64,000 nucleotides of DNA from a virus: positions 48,474-112,473 of IMG/VR virus record IMGVR_UViG_3300025093_000013, one strand, 5' to 3'. Every line of letters begins with the position of its first letter. The first letter of the stretch is position 1. The translations under genes and the position numbers were made by a program. The notes beneath the pieces were generated by a model. That model had not been told where the DNA came from. It ran no database searches and worked only from the letters and a program-made list of their open reading frames with translations. This document shows, piece by piece, positions 42,001-50,695 of this stretch.

Positions 42001-42734
42001 CCGTCGGTGGTACGAGCCCTTTCTTCAGCGGCCTTTCCGTTCTAGACCAATACGGGGCTGGCATGAATGTATACACGACATTCACAGGTCTAACAGGTAT
42101 CGGAGTTTCGGCAGGAGGAACAGGACAATACCTACCTGAAGCTGTAAGGTACTATCAAGCAAGGTCAGGTCAAACAGGATTCCCTGATGGCCTTCCCTAC
42201 TCAACTTCTATCTCTGCAATACAATCAGGTCCTTACTTCTTTGGAAGGACTTCCCATGAAAATACAGGACCCTTTAGATTATACTTAGAGCCTGATCCCT
42301 TTGCACATAAATTACGGTATACAAACTGCTCTAGCCTCAACGATAACAGATTGTATCAAGTGTATTCTCAAGGCTATCATGCATCGGGGTCAATGTCGGC
42401 TACTGATTTTGATTTATCAACCTGGGGTGGTAGAACAGGGTTTTTATCTAGATTCGGAGGGGCTTACAGGTCACTTCCTACTGGCGGAGCTTTGTATGTA
42501 GGCGTAGAAGATATGGTAAGGACTGAGAACTATAATATTAGGTTAGACGAATCTTCTGCACATGCATTCGCAAACTCAAAACATTGCTCTAATGAATTTG
42601 CAGGAAGACCGAAGATGGTTGATATCTATAGAGGAACACTTGGACAGGGAGGCGCTTTGAATGAAAATGCTAATACCGATTCGGGAGCAGGGTTCAAATC
42701 ACCTCACACATTCGATCTTAGGAGAAACTACTGA
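39096..42734 (+). CDS. Tail fibre/tailspike with right-handed beta-helix (pectin-lyase-like)
   Basis: FTSLSAAVDALP head motif; repeated G-I/V-x-x-x-NS-x-x-x-L coils. Confidence 0.75.
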   Translation: MAFIPADLYTASAGVELYNYWNPFVTKHDASSFYNWEEDNLPLYDVEERTDFLWERLGFPASSIPGMALCVSSSSPTGNNNVFTSLSAAVDALPEVIRMPTLIEVAVSGDLGTLELKNIKCVGDGKLEIINRVFSPITRGQATVTAIGSTATRKAITSVIAGDMFDTIAATSALSVSQNTSDLFGNGSIAYNGASFVIQSNESGGGDFRPDQLSVNFHAGGTQTFLDNSTSTVLVGDIASDPANSDINDSASSLDYSKTGGGATLQRTEVGTFVVGANAVGMFTNNTLRSVKVYNCDGPIYIRGFAVQGATGLGPTPTYYEDYGMSIKNCNDIVIENCGVTRSKVGGLYVSNSDVTLNRRFFSGRNYDTNRASTTNYGVNAVNSTITLSSDSYSNGLDAVYVAYQHDYGVYLQNSRLVGGGNTVSTARASLKACYNAEAGIKLVNSVMDLDCDVDVYSNKIGLEGVDSEITLDGFVCQYNDYKGVVADNCKIAYGKEAVNTATALTSTFGADGIAYNYRTAYHGNGVHLELNNSRYIPYLTETLDTSCPFTLFAHNIGIDALSVKPAINLNNSKASLVHSRISSVAEGGTHKPEFALSPTVPAYGAAISGRNNSEVELLGSYRLATVITGPSAITRRDAGIFVDKNSSCRVSGPFFIGQYGVGMYAAGGSEITFCPHTEDSQYGFASTSFDLTGQVGNHTSVEVHAYGPCMVVDEDSTINMRDLGDAFSMYPLANQSDDYPAGYHGDVSAYTHAGGMFFMPNPNTATVTGEVLHTNNSAKITYTSEPTANFAFQSNQTLGNGKYNRYLATVANLGADQEQVSKGGVCVQALGNSVVNVNNVSFNAVSAIGDGAYYDALNSPNLCNNLRIWSFGGGATLNCNHVAVSGTYPSQAGYHGPKAIYYNEDDPVGYVPSALHTSAFGHYPYGYKYSLSTLSGVDFRTNSSPSAGADPITGKLRNENFNHLEASTVGGTSPFFSGLSVLDQYGAGMNVYTTFTGLTGIGVSAGGTGQYLPEAVRYYQARSGQTGFPDGLPYSTSISAIQSGPYFFGRTSHENTGPFRLYLEPDPFAHKLRYTNCSSLNDNRLYQVYSQGYHASGSMSATDFDLSTWGGRTGFLSRFGGAYRSLPTGGALYVGVEDMVRTENYNIRLDESSAHAFANSKHCSNEFAGRPKMVDIYRGTLGQGGALNENANTDSGAGFKSPHTFDLRRNY

Positions 42735-45211
42735 TGCCTAATCACTACGCAGAAAACCAAATCGACCAGAACAAAAAGCAATGGATCGAGAGTGCTTACA
42801 AGTTTACACAGCCTGTAAGATACTTTAAGAACAACGACCCTTACCATTGGGAGATTGATAACATCCCAATCAAGCAGCTAGAGGAGAATGTCCTTTGGCT
42901 CAAGGATCAAGTGGAGGCAGGTTCTCAAGTATCTGGTATAACTCGTAGTGATCTCGCTGAACTAAAGCCTGTTGCCACTGGATCCTCTAGAACTGTAAGA
43001 GTTCAAAAAGGTCGATTTACTGCTAGGATTAACGATGCATATGGGAAGGGCATCCAAACCCTTATAAAAACTGCTAATGCAACTGTAGATCCAAACGCCC
43101 CTTCTGACAGGAAGTTTAAGTTCAATCTTCCAACGAACATTCTAAAGCAAATCGCGGGTGATGTTGTAGGAGAAGCACTTTACTTCAACGGTCTTTACGA
43201 GCATTTACAACATCATCAAGTAAACCCAAGCCAAGGAAACCTTTCTTGGACTGCTGCTGCTTTGACCACCATAGCAAGCACACCAAAGAACAAGCTCGCA
43301 GTTTGGAGACAAGGCCAAACTATGTCGAACCAAGTTGAAGGTTTGGCCGAGCAAGCAGTAGCTTTCACAAGAAGATGGGGTGGTGCAATCAGAACTTCAA
43401 TCGTCAATGTAAAGGATGATATTGAGATTCAAGTTCCTGCATTCTCAGATACTGATTACTCTAACAACACGGGTTATAGCCCTGCGATGAGAGCGGATCT
43501 TCTTTTCGTCTACGCCCATCCAATCGATGCTGATTCTACTACGATTGCCCTTCCTGATGGAGAAGGCCCTACAACTATCACTGAGCCCAGACTCGGACTT
43601 CTAAAAGGTGCAGGCGTTGTATCTCTAAAAGGTTTTGGCGAGTACACTGGTTACGATAGCACTGATGCCAATGACGCTGGGTTCTTTGACAGCACTCTTT
43701 TCACAGCCAACCAAGAAAATAGTAACGCATTCTTTAGGGAGACAGACGCTGTTTCAGAGGAGGGACACTTCCAAACAGTATCACCTCTTGCTGATCTAAC
43801 TGTAGAGCAAGGAGCTTTCGCTGATGTTTCCGTTAGCTTCCCATCACCTGATGATGTGATGAACCTTACTCCTCTTTTCCAAGAGGGTCTTGAGAATAGC
43901 TTCGCTCTTGTTGGACAATCAATTCTTCCTATTGCTTATGTCATAGTTAGAAAAGGCAAGACTGTTATTGAAGATTCTGATATCATTGATATCCGTCCTT
44001 TCTTCAGAACAGCCGAGCTTTCTTACAATGAGCGTGCTGGTGTTGCTGCTGCCAACCCACCTCTTTCTTTTGCCAACCCTGCTGTTGGTAAGACTGAGCT
44101 TAACTCCACAATGGTAAAGGCTGTAACTCAGCTAAAGACTTATGTTGATAGCGCAGTCGGTGGTATTGATACTGGCACTGGTGGTAGCACTGGTGGTGGA
44201 GGTTCAAGATTCATCACTAAAGGTGCTATCTTAGGAGGCACTAAATTTGGTGTTGAAGGTGCCTTACTAAGTTTAGCAGGGGCTAATGACGACTCTACCA
44301 TTGGTAATGAACAGGAGGCAATATCCTATCTTCAAAATAAGCATGGACTTATAGGTCTTCCCGAACTTCCTCGATTGCCTGGTTGGGACTTAGGAGGATG
44401 GACAGCTAATTTAAATGATACCACCGACTTAGGATCTTTAAGAAATGATAGAATCAACTGCGCTATTAAGCTGAACAATGGTTCATTCCAAGACTTCACT
44501 GGTAGTGAAATAACCCAAAGTGTTGCTGAATCCCTTTATGATAGAATAGATAACAACAATTTCAGACCGATATCAGATGGAGTTGACGAATTTTTAGGGG
44601 GAACTGAAATAATTTATTATCTTAGAAAAAGGTTAAAGGTTACACTACCTTTAAATGTCATTGATTATGATGTCAATGCTGTTTTAAGAAATTGTGTCCC
44701 CTCTAGCGGTTCTGGTGGAACTCGCAATAGGTACTCTGGGATTGCTATTGAAAAGCATGGAATAGTTGGTAATGAGGCTGAGTTTACTATTTATGTTGCT
44801 TTTACTCCTAACGCTGCTACTGAGTTTTTCAGTACATTTCCAGGTACAGTAGGTGTTCATAGAGATCAAGTTTTAAATGATAGCTCTTTTGGCCAAAGAG
44901 CTTTCTGGGCTCCTATGAACAGCAAGTCTACGGTTGCCCAAAGAGGCAGAGATGTTTTCTCCGCATTCTCAGTTTTTACTGAGTATTACACGCAAGAGTT
45001 TAGAAATGTTAGTACGGGATCAAATTTCAAGGCTAACAATTCTAGCGATGCCGTTAATCTCAACTTCTACCAACCATCTTGGTCTGCATTAGTTCCCCTT
45101 TTAGTTACATACCCAACTGTAGAGTTTACTGTCACGGGTCACACTCAAGTTATGGGTCAGAACTATATATTCGACACTCAAACCACAGGTGGACAACCAA
45201 TCATAACATGA
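42734..45211 (+). CDS. Tail fibre/baseplate protein
   Basis: WEIDNIPIKQLEEN anchor motif shared with the preceding gene; RADLLFV and LPIAYVIV...DIIDIRPF motifs. Confidence 0.7.
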   Translation: MPNHYAENQIDQNKKQWIESAYKFTQPVRYFKNNDPYHWEIDNIPIKQLEENVLWLKDQVEAGSQVSGITRSDLAELKPVATGSSRTVRVQKGRFTARINDAYGKGIQTLIKTANATVDPNAPSDRKFKFNLPTNILKQIAGDVVGEALYFNGLYEHLQHHQVNPSQGNLSWTAAALTTIASTPKNKLAVWRQGQTMSNQVEGLAEQAVAFTRRWGGAIRTSIVNVKDDIEIQVPAFSDTDYSNNTGYSPAMRADLLFVYAHPIDADSTTIALPDGEGPTTITEPRLGLLKGAGVVSLKGFGEYTGYDSTDANDAGFFDSTLFTANQENSNAFFRETDAVSEEGHFQTVSPLADLTVEQGAFADVSVSFPSPDDVMNLTPLFQEGLENSFALVGQSILPIAYVIVRKGKTVIEDSDIIDIRPFFRTAELSYNERAGVAAANPPLSFANPAVGKTELNSTMVKAVTQLKTYVDSAVGGIDTGTGGSTGGGGSRFITKGAILGGTKFGVEGALLSLAGANDDSTIGNEQEAISYLQNKHGLIGLPELPRLPGWDLGGWTANLNDTTDLGSLRNDRINCAIKLNNGSFQDFTGSEITQSVAESLYDRIDNNNFRPISDGVDEFLGGTEIIYYLRKRLKVTLPLNVIDYDVNAVLRNCVPSSGSGGTRNRYSGIAIEKHGIVGNEAEFTIYVAFTPNAATEFFSTFPGTVGVHRDQVLNDSSFGQRAFWAPMNSKSTVAQRGRDVFSAFSVFTEYYTQEFRNVSTGSNFKANNSSDAVNLNFYQPSWSALVPLLVTYPTVEFTVTGHTQVMGQNYIFDTQTTGGQPIIT

Positions 45212-45212
45212 T

Positions 45213-48200
45213 ATGGTATCGGTATTTCAAGACTGCTTTAGAAGAATATTCTCTTACCAGGGGACAGGACCAGACGCGCCTGATCCTGGGGCAGGAACTG
45301 ACCCTGATGACTGCATAGATAATGATCCTACATGTTGCGCTCAGAATCCAAACGATCCTGACTGCGACGATGATACTGGTGGTGATGATCCTTGTTTAGA
45401 TGTTGTAAGTCTATACGGTTGTGGTGATGAGAGACCTTGTGCTGACACAGGTTGTTGTGAGGGAAATGTCCCAATAATTCAGAATATCACCAGAGGACAA
45501 CTCAACGCTCAGTATGGAATACCCTGTGATGCATCCTTAGAGGGTTGTGTTGATATTGGAGGGCAGAAATACCACCTAGATGCTTGCAACGAATCCTGTT
45601 GCCCTAGCAAGCCTTGTGGGTTTATTCAGTGTGCAGCATCTCAAGATGGTTGCGACCAAACTGATGCAGATGGTTGCTGTGAAGATTATCCGCCTCCTTT
45701 CCACATAGCCCAAGATGAAGTATGTGCAGAGTTTGAGGGGGCGGCTGAACAATACTTTGGAAGGGAGCTTTACTTAAGTGTAGAGCAGTGTGTTGCTGAT
45801 GGATGTATTAGTGACGAAACCTGTCAATATTGGCAATGTACAGCTTTAGATCAATCAGAGAATCTAACGGAATGTACCATAGTAAATCCTACTTTAGTTG
45901 ATCTTGGTGTAACTGATTGCGAGGACGCCCCTGATGAAATACAGTACAACGGTAGTCCTGCCTATAAAAGTAAAGATGATTGCAATGCAACATATCCTTG
46001 TTGCCCTATGCCCGTCTACTACCAATGTGACACTGAGTCTCAATCAACTAAGTGCGGGACATGTAATCAGTATACACAGCCAGGATCTTGTGATCTTGTA
46101 ATTCGTCCCGATATATTTGCTGATCAAGCTAGTTGTGATGCAGAGTGTCCAGGCACAACAGAAGTATACATATGTAACAATCCAGAACAAGGTTTCTGTG
46201 ATACTGTTAGTGATTTCTGTACTGCTGATGATCCTTTAGGTAATGGAACTAATTACTTCCTAGAGTCAGGAGCTTGTAATGCTACATGTTGCGAACCTGC
46301 TACTTATTGGTACTGCCCTGTAGGTATTGAAGGAGGGCAGTGTCAAAGCTATGTCGATGATGATTGTATCATAGACTCAGGAAATGCAGGTCCTAACGGA
46401 GAGAGGGTCTTTAAGACAAAACAGGCTTGCGAAAAAAGCCAACAAACTTATTGTTGCGAAGTAGAGCCCTCGAAAGACAACTACACAAATATAAATTGTG
46501 AATTTAATGATGGTAATTGTGTAACTACAGGTGAATGTGCTACTCCTGATAATGTAGATGTTGTATTTACTGACCTTGTAGAATGCTCACAATCAGTTTT
46601 GGACTGTCAAGATTGTTATGATGAACCTGTAGGACAATCTCTCACTGAAGTAATAGCTGCTAGGCTACAGTTCGCTTACGATGGCGGTAATAGCATTGAG
46701 ACTTACTACTGCCCAGGAGAGACCACAAGAACCCTTAGCATATCATCAAGAAATGCACTAGGTCCTAATTTATCGGATGATCCTTCTTACAGTAATTTAG
46801 AAGATTTCCAACTACTTATAAATGGAAATGTAATAGAGACAGAGGTTGTAGGCATTGATCTAACTTGGACATACGAGATAACTTTAACCTCTGGGCCTTT
46901 TACTTTGAACTATGAGTTTAAGGATCAGTGTGGGACTGTAGTGGCTGCCATTCCAGTTAACTATACTCCAGTTTCTTGTCTAGACTCGTTAGGATCTTTT
47001 CAAGAGTGTTTAAGTCTCAATTCCACCCCAGACCATCCTTTTACATATCCTTGTGCCACTGATCCTTGCGACAGCCCTTTCTCTAGTGATTTCCCAGAGT
47101 GTGATACTGGCGGTGGAGGTGGAGGATCTGGTCCTATACAAGGACAAGGCACTCCAAGGGATCCTCTTAAGGATACTGACTCAGCCGCCCCAGGCATTCT
47201 TAACAGTCCAGGGGTGAACTACCTCAGGGAGATGAACAGGGTTATTAAGACTCCTAAAATCCTTGATGTCTTAGGTAACGATGAGTTTGTAAGAGCCCAG
47301 AGTGCGTTCACGCCCATGTACAACGATAAGCATCTAACCATCTTCTCCGATCAAGTACATGCTTCTATTTGGGCTGTGATGAACATTGATACTGAGCCTG
47401 AAGCCACAGAGAGGGCGTTTGATGATGTGTCTCTTAATTACATTTACAGGAGCCTCAATGATAATCTAAAAAAACGAATAGATTTACTTGAGGATTATGA
47501 CGGTAAGCCTTTGAGACCTAAGATTCTTAGAAGAATTAGGATATTACTATTTGAGGGCAGACTTGATGAGTTTGATGAGCAGGGTCTTTTCAGTATGAAT
47601 ACTGTTCACGATAAGACCTCAAGATCAAACAATATATCCAATGAGAACAACCTTGTAGATCTTGTAAACAGAAAAGCCAAGCCTCTCAACCCTGATGTTT
47701 ATGGTGGGTTCAATAAAGAGAGGATGAAGATTTGGAAGACAGTGGCTACGGATCTAGAAAAAGCTATCGCTTATGTTGATACAGACTCAGTTCTTAGGTT
47801 CATAGACATTAAGCAAGACGATAGTTACGAGATCTTAGACTCTAGTGGGGATGCTACTACAAAGTATATTAATGAAGGAGACTTCATTACATACTACAAA
47901 ACTGACGGGTCTAGAGGATTCCTCGACCTTGATACCTTAATTGAGCAAGCGGTTGTATTTGATTTTGAGGATTTGAGAAAAGCATTTGGTATCGTAAACG
48001 AAGATTATGCTACGGTGCTTTCTGTTTCTAGTGATGAGAATTCGTTCGTAGAGGAAGAATACTCTCTAAGCGATGCGAGACAGGATTTCTACTTCTTTAA
48101 ACTAGAGGTTAGCACACTTGAAGATGTATCTAGGACCAACCCCCTGGTAAGGATATCAAAAGCAAACTATAAGTTGGTTACTGATGCCGATGAGATCAAC

Positions 48201-49025
48201 GAGTGGATTGAGTACAAGCCTTGGCCCTACATGCATTTCAATATGGAGGCCAGTGATCCTTTCTTCGACCACATGTTAGATACGAGTAATATGACTGCTG
48301 AGTTCAAGGACATCAGCTTTGATAAGATTCAAGGATCAACAGATGATGTCCCAGTAATACCCAGAAGAATCCCTTGGCACATCGTTCTTATCCCAACTGA
48401 CAGGACAAGGTTCTTAATTGGATCTGGTAAGTCTAAGCTAACTGGCTATGGAAGTAGAAAAGCCGTGTTCCGACTATCTCCTGATAGAACCCAAACTTCA
48501 CAACGATGGGATCCTGAAATATTTAATGAGAAGGGTACAGATTTCTTCGGAGGTGTCGATCCTAGACAAGAATCAAAAAGTATCAAGGTAGAATACGATA
48601 GCTCAAAGCTTAAATCTGTAAGGAAATCTTACAAGAATGGTTCTGAAAAGCTTCCTAGAAAGCCTAGCGCAGCAAGACAACTATTCAAAGCAATCAGAGA
48701 CGCCAAGGCTGATGATAATAACTTTATCGATGAGGCTAAGACGAGAGTTGAATGGGGGTCAGTATTCAAGAACCTAACTCCAAACGAGCGCAAAACCCTC
48801 TACAGCGATATCGAGGACTATGATAAGAAAAGAGATCAGATAGCAACAAACACTTTTGCAACTAGCGAAACGGTTAGGGAACGCTTTGTACAAATAACCG
48901 AAGTATTTGATAAGGGCCTGAACAATGTTGATGATTACGACCCACCCCCAGTCAAGAAAAGAGAACGGGCTGTGAAAATTGAGGAGCCTGAAGGTGGCGC
49001 TGAAACACCCGAAATATTACCATGA
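45213..49025 (+). CDS. Large protein with Cys-rich modular N-half and Cys-free C-half, probably virion-associated
   Basis: About 61 Cys (hand count) before the GGGGGG linker near 47110 and none after; lies in the tail operon. Confidence 0.8.
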   Translation: MVSVFQDCFRRIFSYQGTGPDAPDPGAGTDPDDCIDNDPTCCAQNPNDPDCDDDTGGDDPCLDVVSLYGCGDERPCADTGCCEGNVPIIQNITRGQLNAQYGIPCDASLEGCVDIGGQKYHLDACNESCCPSKPCGFIQCAASQDGCDQTDADGCCEDYPPPFHIAQDEVCAEFEGAAEQYFGRELYLSVEQCVADGCISDETCQYWQCTALDQSENLTECTIVNPTLVDLGVTDCEDAPDEIQYNGSPAYKSKDDCNATYPCCPMPVYYQCDTESQSTKCGTCNQYTQPGSCDLVIRPDIFADQASCDAECPGTTEVYICNNPEQGFCDTVSDFCTADDPLGNGTNYFLESGACNATCCEPATYWYCPVGIEGGQCQSYVDDDCIIDSGNAGPNGERVFKTKQACEKSQQTYCCEVEPSKDNYTNINCEFNDGNCVTTGECATPDNVDVVFTDLVECSQSVLDCQDCYDEPVGQSLTEVIAARLQFAYDGGNSIETYYCPGETTRTLSISSRNALGPNLSDDPSYSNLEDFQLLINGNVIETEVVGIDLTWTYEITLTSGPFTLNYEFKDQCGTVVAAIPVNYTPVSCLDSLGSFQECLSLNSTPDHPFTYPCATDPCDSPFSSDFPECDTGGGGGGSGPIQGQGTPRDPLKDTDSAAPGILNSPGVNYLREMNRVIKTPKILDVLGNDEFVRAQSAFTPMYNDKHLTIFSDQVHASIWAVMNIDTEPEATERAFDDVSLNYIYRSLNDNLKKRIDLLEDYDGKPLRPKILRRIRILLFEGRLDEFDEQGLFSMNTVHDKTSRSNNISNENNLVDLVNRKAKPLNPDVYGGFNKERMKIWKTVATDLEKAIAYVDTDSVLRFIDIKQDDSYEILDSSGDATTKYINEGDFITYYKTDGSRGFLDLDTLIEQAVVFDFEDLRKAFGIVNEDYATVLSVSSDENSFVEEEYSLSDARQDFYFFKLEVSTLEDVSRTNPLVRISKANYKLVTDADEINEWIEYKPWPYMHFNMEASDPFFDHMLDTSNMTAEFKDISFDKIQGSTDDVPVIPRRIPWHIVLIPTDRTRFLIGSGKSKLTGYGSRKAVFRLSPDRTQTSQRWDPEIFNEKGTDFFGGVDPRQESKSIKVEYDSSKLKSVRKSYKNGSEKLPRKPSAARQLFKAIRDAKADDNNFIDEAKTRVEWGSVFKNLTPNERKTLYSDIEDYDKKRDQIATNTFATSETVRERFVQITEVFDKGLNNVDDYDPPPVKKRERAVKIEEPEGGAETPEILP

Positions 49026-49306
49026 CAAGCATATCAATCATAGGAGATTTATCTAACCTGCAAAACGCTGCTTTAGTATTAGCTAATTGTGACCCCACTG
49101 TGACCTATGAAGGAAAACCTGTGGCTGTAGTAAATGGAGCTTCAGTTCCAGTTCATAACCATGGGGATTCACCAAAGATAACTGCTCCTAGTGATGGGTC
49201 TGCAACAGTGAAAATCGGAGTAAACCCTGTGCATAGAGTCGGGGATGCTCGAAGTTGCGGTCATTTTACAGAAGGGGAATCAAGAACAGTTAATATCTTC
49301 ACCTAA
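49022..49306 (+). CDS. PAAR-like spike tip protein (T4 gp5.4-like)
   Basis: IGD...TVTYEGKPVA...HNH...GSATVKIGVNPVHRVGDARSCGH...V. Confidence 0.85.
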   Translation: MTSISIIGDLSNLQNAALVLANCDPTVTYEGKPVAVVNGASVPVHNHGDSPKITAPSDGSATVKIGVNPVHRVGDARSCGHFTEGESRTVNIFT

Positions 49307-49343
49307 AAAACAGGAAAAATCACTAATTAAATTTAACTAGGTA

Positions 49344-49375
49344 TACATATTTACAGACGCTTAGAGCGTCAGGAG
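49344..49375 (+). promoter_or_regulatory. Head-operon promoter TACATA, 5' hairpin GACGCT-TAG-AGCGTC and AGGAG RBS
   Basis: TACATA 49344-49349; 6-bp stem 49356-49370; AGGAG 49371-49375. Confidence 0.55.
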
Positions 49376-49381
49376 TTTATT

Positions 49382-49879
49382 ATGAACAGAGATCAATTAA
49401 GAGAAGCCGTACTCGGCACCTCAGCCTGGAAGAAGGCTGGTTTACTTACAGAGTCCGTTGCTCCCGTTCAGGAGCAAGAGGTCATCGAAGAAGCTAAGGC
49501 CGAGGAGACTGCTCCTGAGGCTCACACTTGCCCTCTCTGCGAGTCCACCCTTGAGGGTGAGCTTTCCGACGAGGTTCTTCTTGAGCACGCCGAGCAAATG
49601 CTAGGCGTCTTCCAAGAGGCAGAGCAACTTCTCGCTGAGGCCGAAGAGGCCGAGGAAGGCGAGGTTGTTGAAGAAGAGGAGGAGGCCGAAGAGGTCGATC
49701 TTCTTGAGGGTCTTAACGATGATCAAATCGAAGCTATCGTTGAATTCGTTGAGGGTTTGAGAACGGATGAGAAATTCGATCTAAAAACACAGAACCAAGC
49801 TGGGAAAAACGACGAACGACTCGTAGCAGCAGGGAAAAGATCTAAGTACGCCCCTAAAGGCTCTAAGTTAAATCCTTGA
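49382..49879 (+). CDS. Acidic prohead core-like protein with CPLC...H motif
   Basis: First gene of the head operon; Glu-rich; LRE/LTE/IEE/LLE/FVE sites; basic C-terminal peptide. Confidence 0.7.
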   Translation: MNRDQLREAVLGTSAWKKAGLLTESVAPVQEQEVIEEAKAEETAPEAHTCPLCESTLEGELSDEVLLEHAEQMLGVFQEAEQLLAEAEEAEEGEVVEEEEEAEEVDLLEGLNDDQIEAIVEFVEGLRTDEKFDLKTQNQAGKNDERLVAAGKRSKYAPKGSKLNP

Positions 49880-49896
49880 AAGCGAGGCTCTAAATA

Positions 49897-50313
49897 ATGG
49901 CTTCTCTTAAAGAAACAGGTATGGGGATTGGCGATTTTGCTCAAGCTTTGCTTAAGCAAGAGAAGGATAATCCTCAGCCTGTTTCACACAAAGCTCCCGT
50001 GAGGGGCAATGTGCCCGATATAGAGAATGTTCAAGTTCTTCAAGAAGATGTTAACGATGTTCTTGCTAATTCCTTCGGAGTTAGGCGAGATCCTGTACCT
50101 CAGGTCAACCTTCAAGAAGAAAGGAAGAAGCAGATTAAGGAGCAGATTCAAGTTAAGATTAACGAACTGAAGGAGCTTCTTAACGAGCTAGGTGTTACTA
50201 CTGGGACTACGACTGTAGGGAGCCTTGGCGCTCCTAACTACGCTGGAGGAAAAACTTATGAGCCTAATAGATCTGGTAAGAGGAAAAGAGCAGTCGTTAA
50301 ACGAAAAGTCTGA
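49897..50313 (+). CDS. Head-associated protein carrying a copy of the MCP N-terminal motif
   Basis: LQE and LNE sites; TGTTTVGSLG identical to the MCP segment. Confidence 0.75.
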   Translation: MASLKETGMGIGDFAQALLKQEKDNPQPVSHKAPVRGNVPDIENVQVLQEDVNDVLANSFGVRRDPVPQVNLQEERKKQIKEQIQVKINELKELLNELGVTTGTTTVGSLGAPNYAGGKTYEPNRSGKRKRAVVKRKV

Positions 50314-50695
50314 ACGATACCCTAGTGGTAGAGGTAGTTACAAAAGAAAGAATGTAACTAGCTCTCGTAAGAGTAAAGTTCCAATTTACGACACCATCAA
50401 GGCTGCTCTAAAGAAGACTAGCCCTGGTACTATTTTCTCTACAAAAGGCTCATATAGAATGTATGTCACAACCTCTGGGGGTTGGGGCAAGAGTAAACAA
50501 CAAAGAGTTTCTGGTAGAACAGCTAAAGGCTTTACACCAGGGAGTTCAACCCCAGGTTCTAGTTGGAAAAGCATTAAAAGCCATGCTGCTAGAACAAGAG
50601 TAAAGCATGGTGGCGCTACTGCTGGTAGGTTGAAGGCAGCGGCTCGAAGAAAAAAGGATCAACCAAAGAAGTACACAGCTAAAAGGAAAAAGTGA
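50258..50695 (+). CDS. Highly basic putative internal head (DNA-binding) protein
   Basis: ATG 50258 with GGAGG at 50245 (better than the track start 50225); SLNE then a K/R/S/G-rich body. Confidence 0.75.
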   Translation: MSLIDLVRGKEQSLNEKSERYPSGRGSYKRKNVTSSRKSKVPIYDTIKAALKKTSPGTIFSTKGSYRMYVTTSGGWGKSKQQRVSGRTAKGFTPGSSTPGSSWKSIKSHAARTRVKHGGATAGRLKAAARRKKDQPKKYTAKRKK

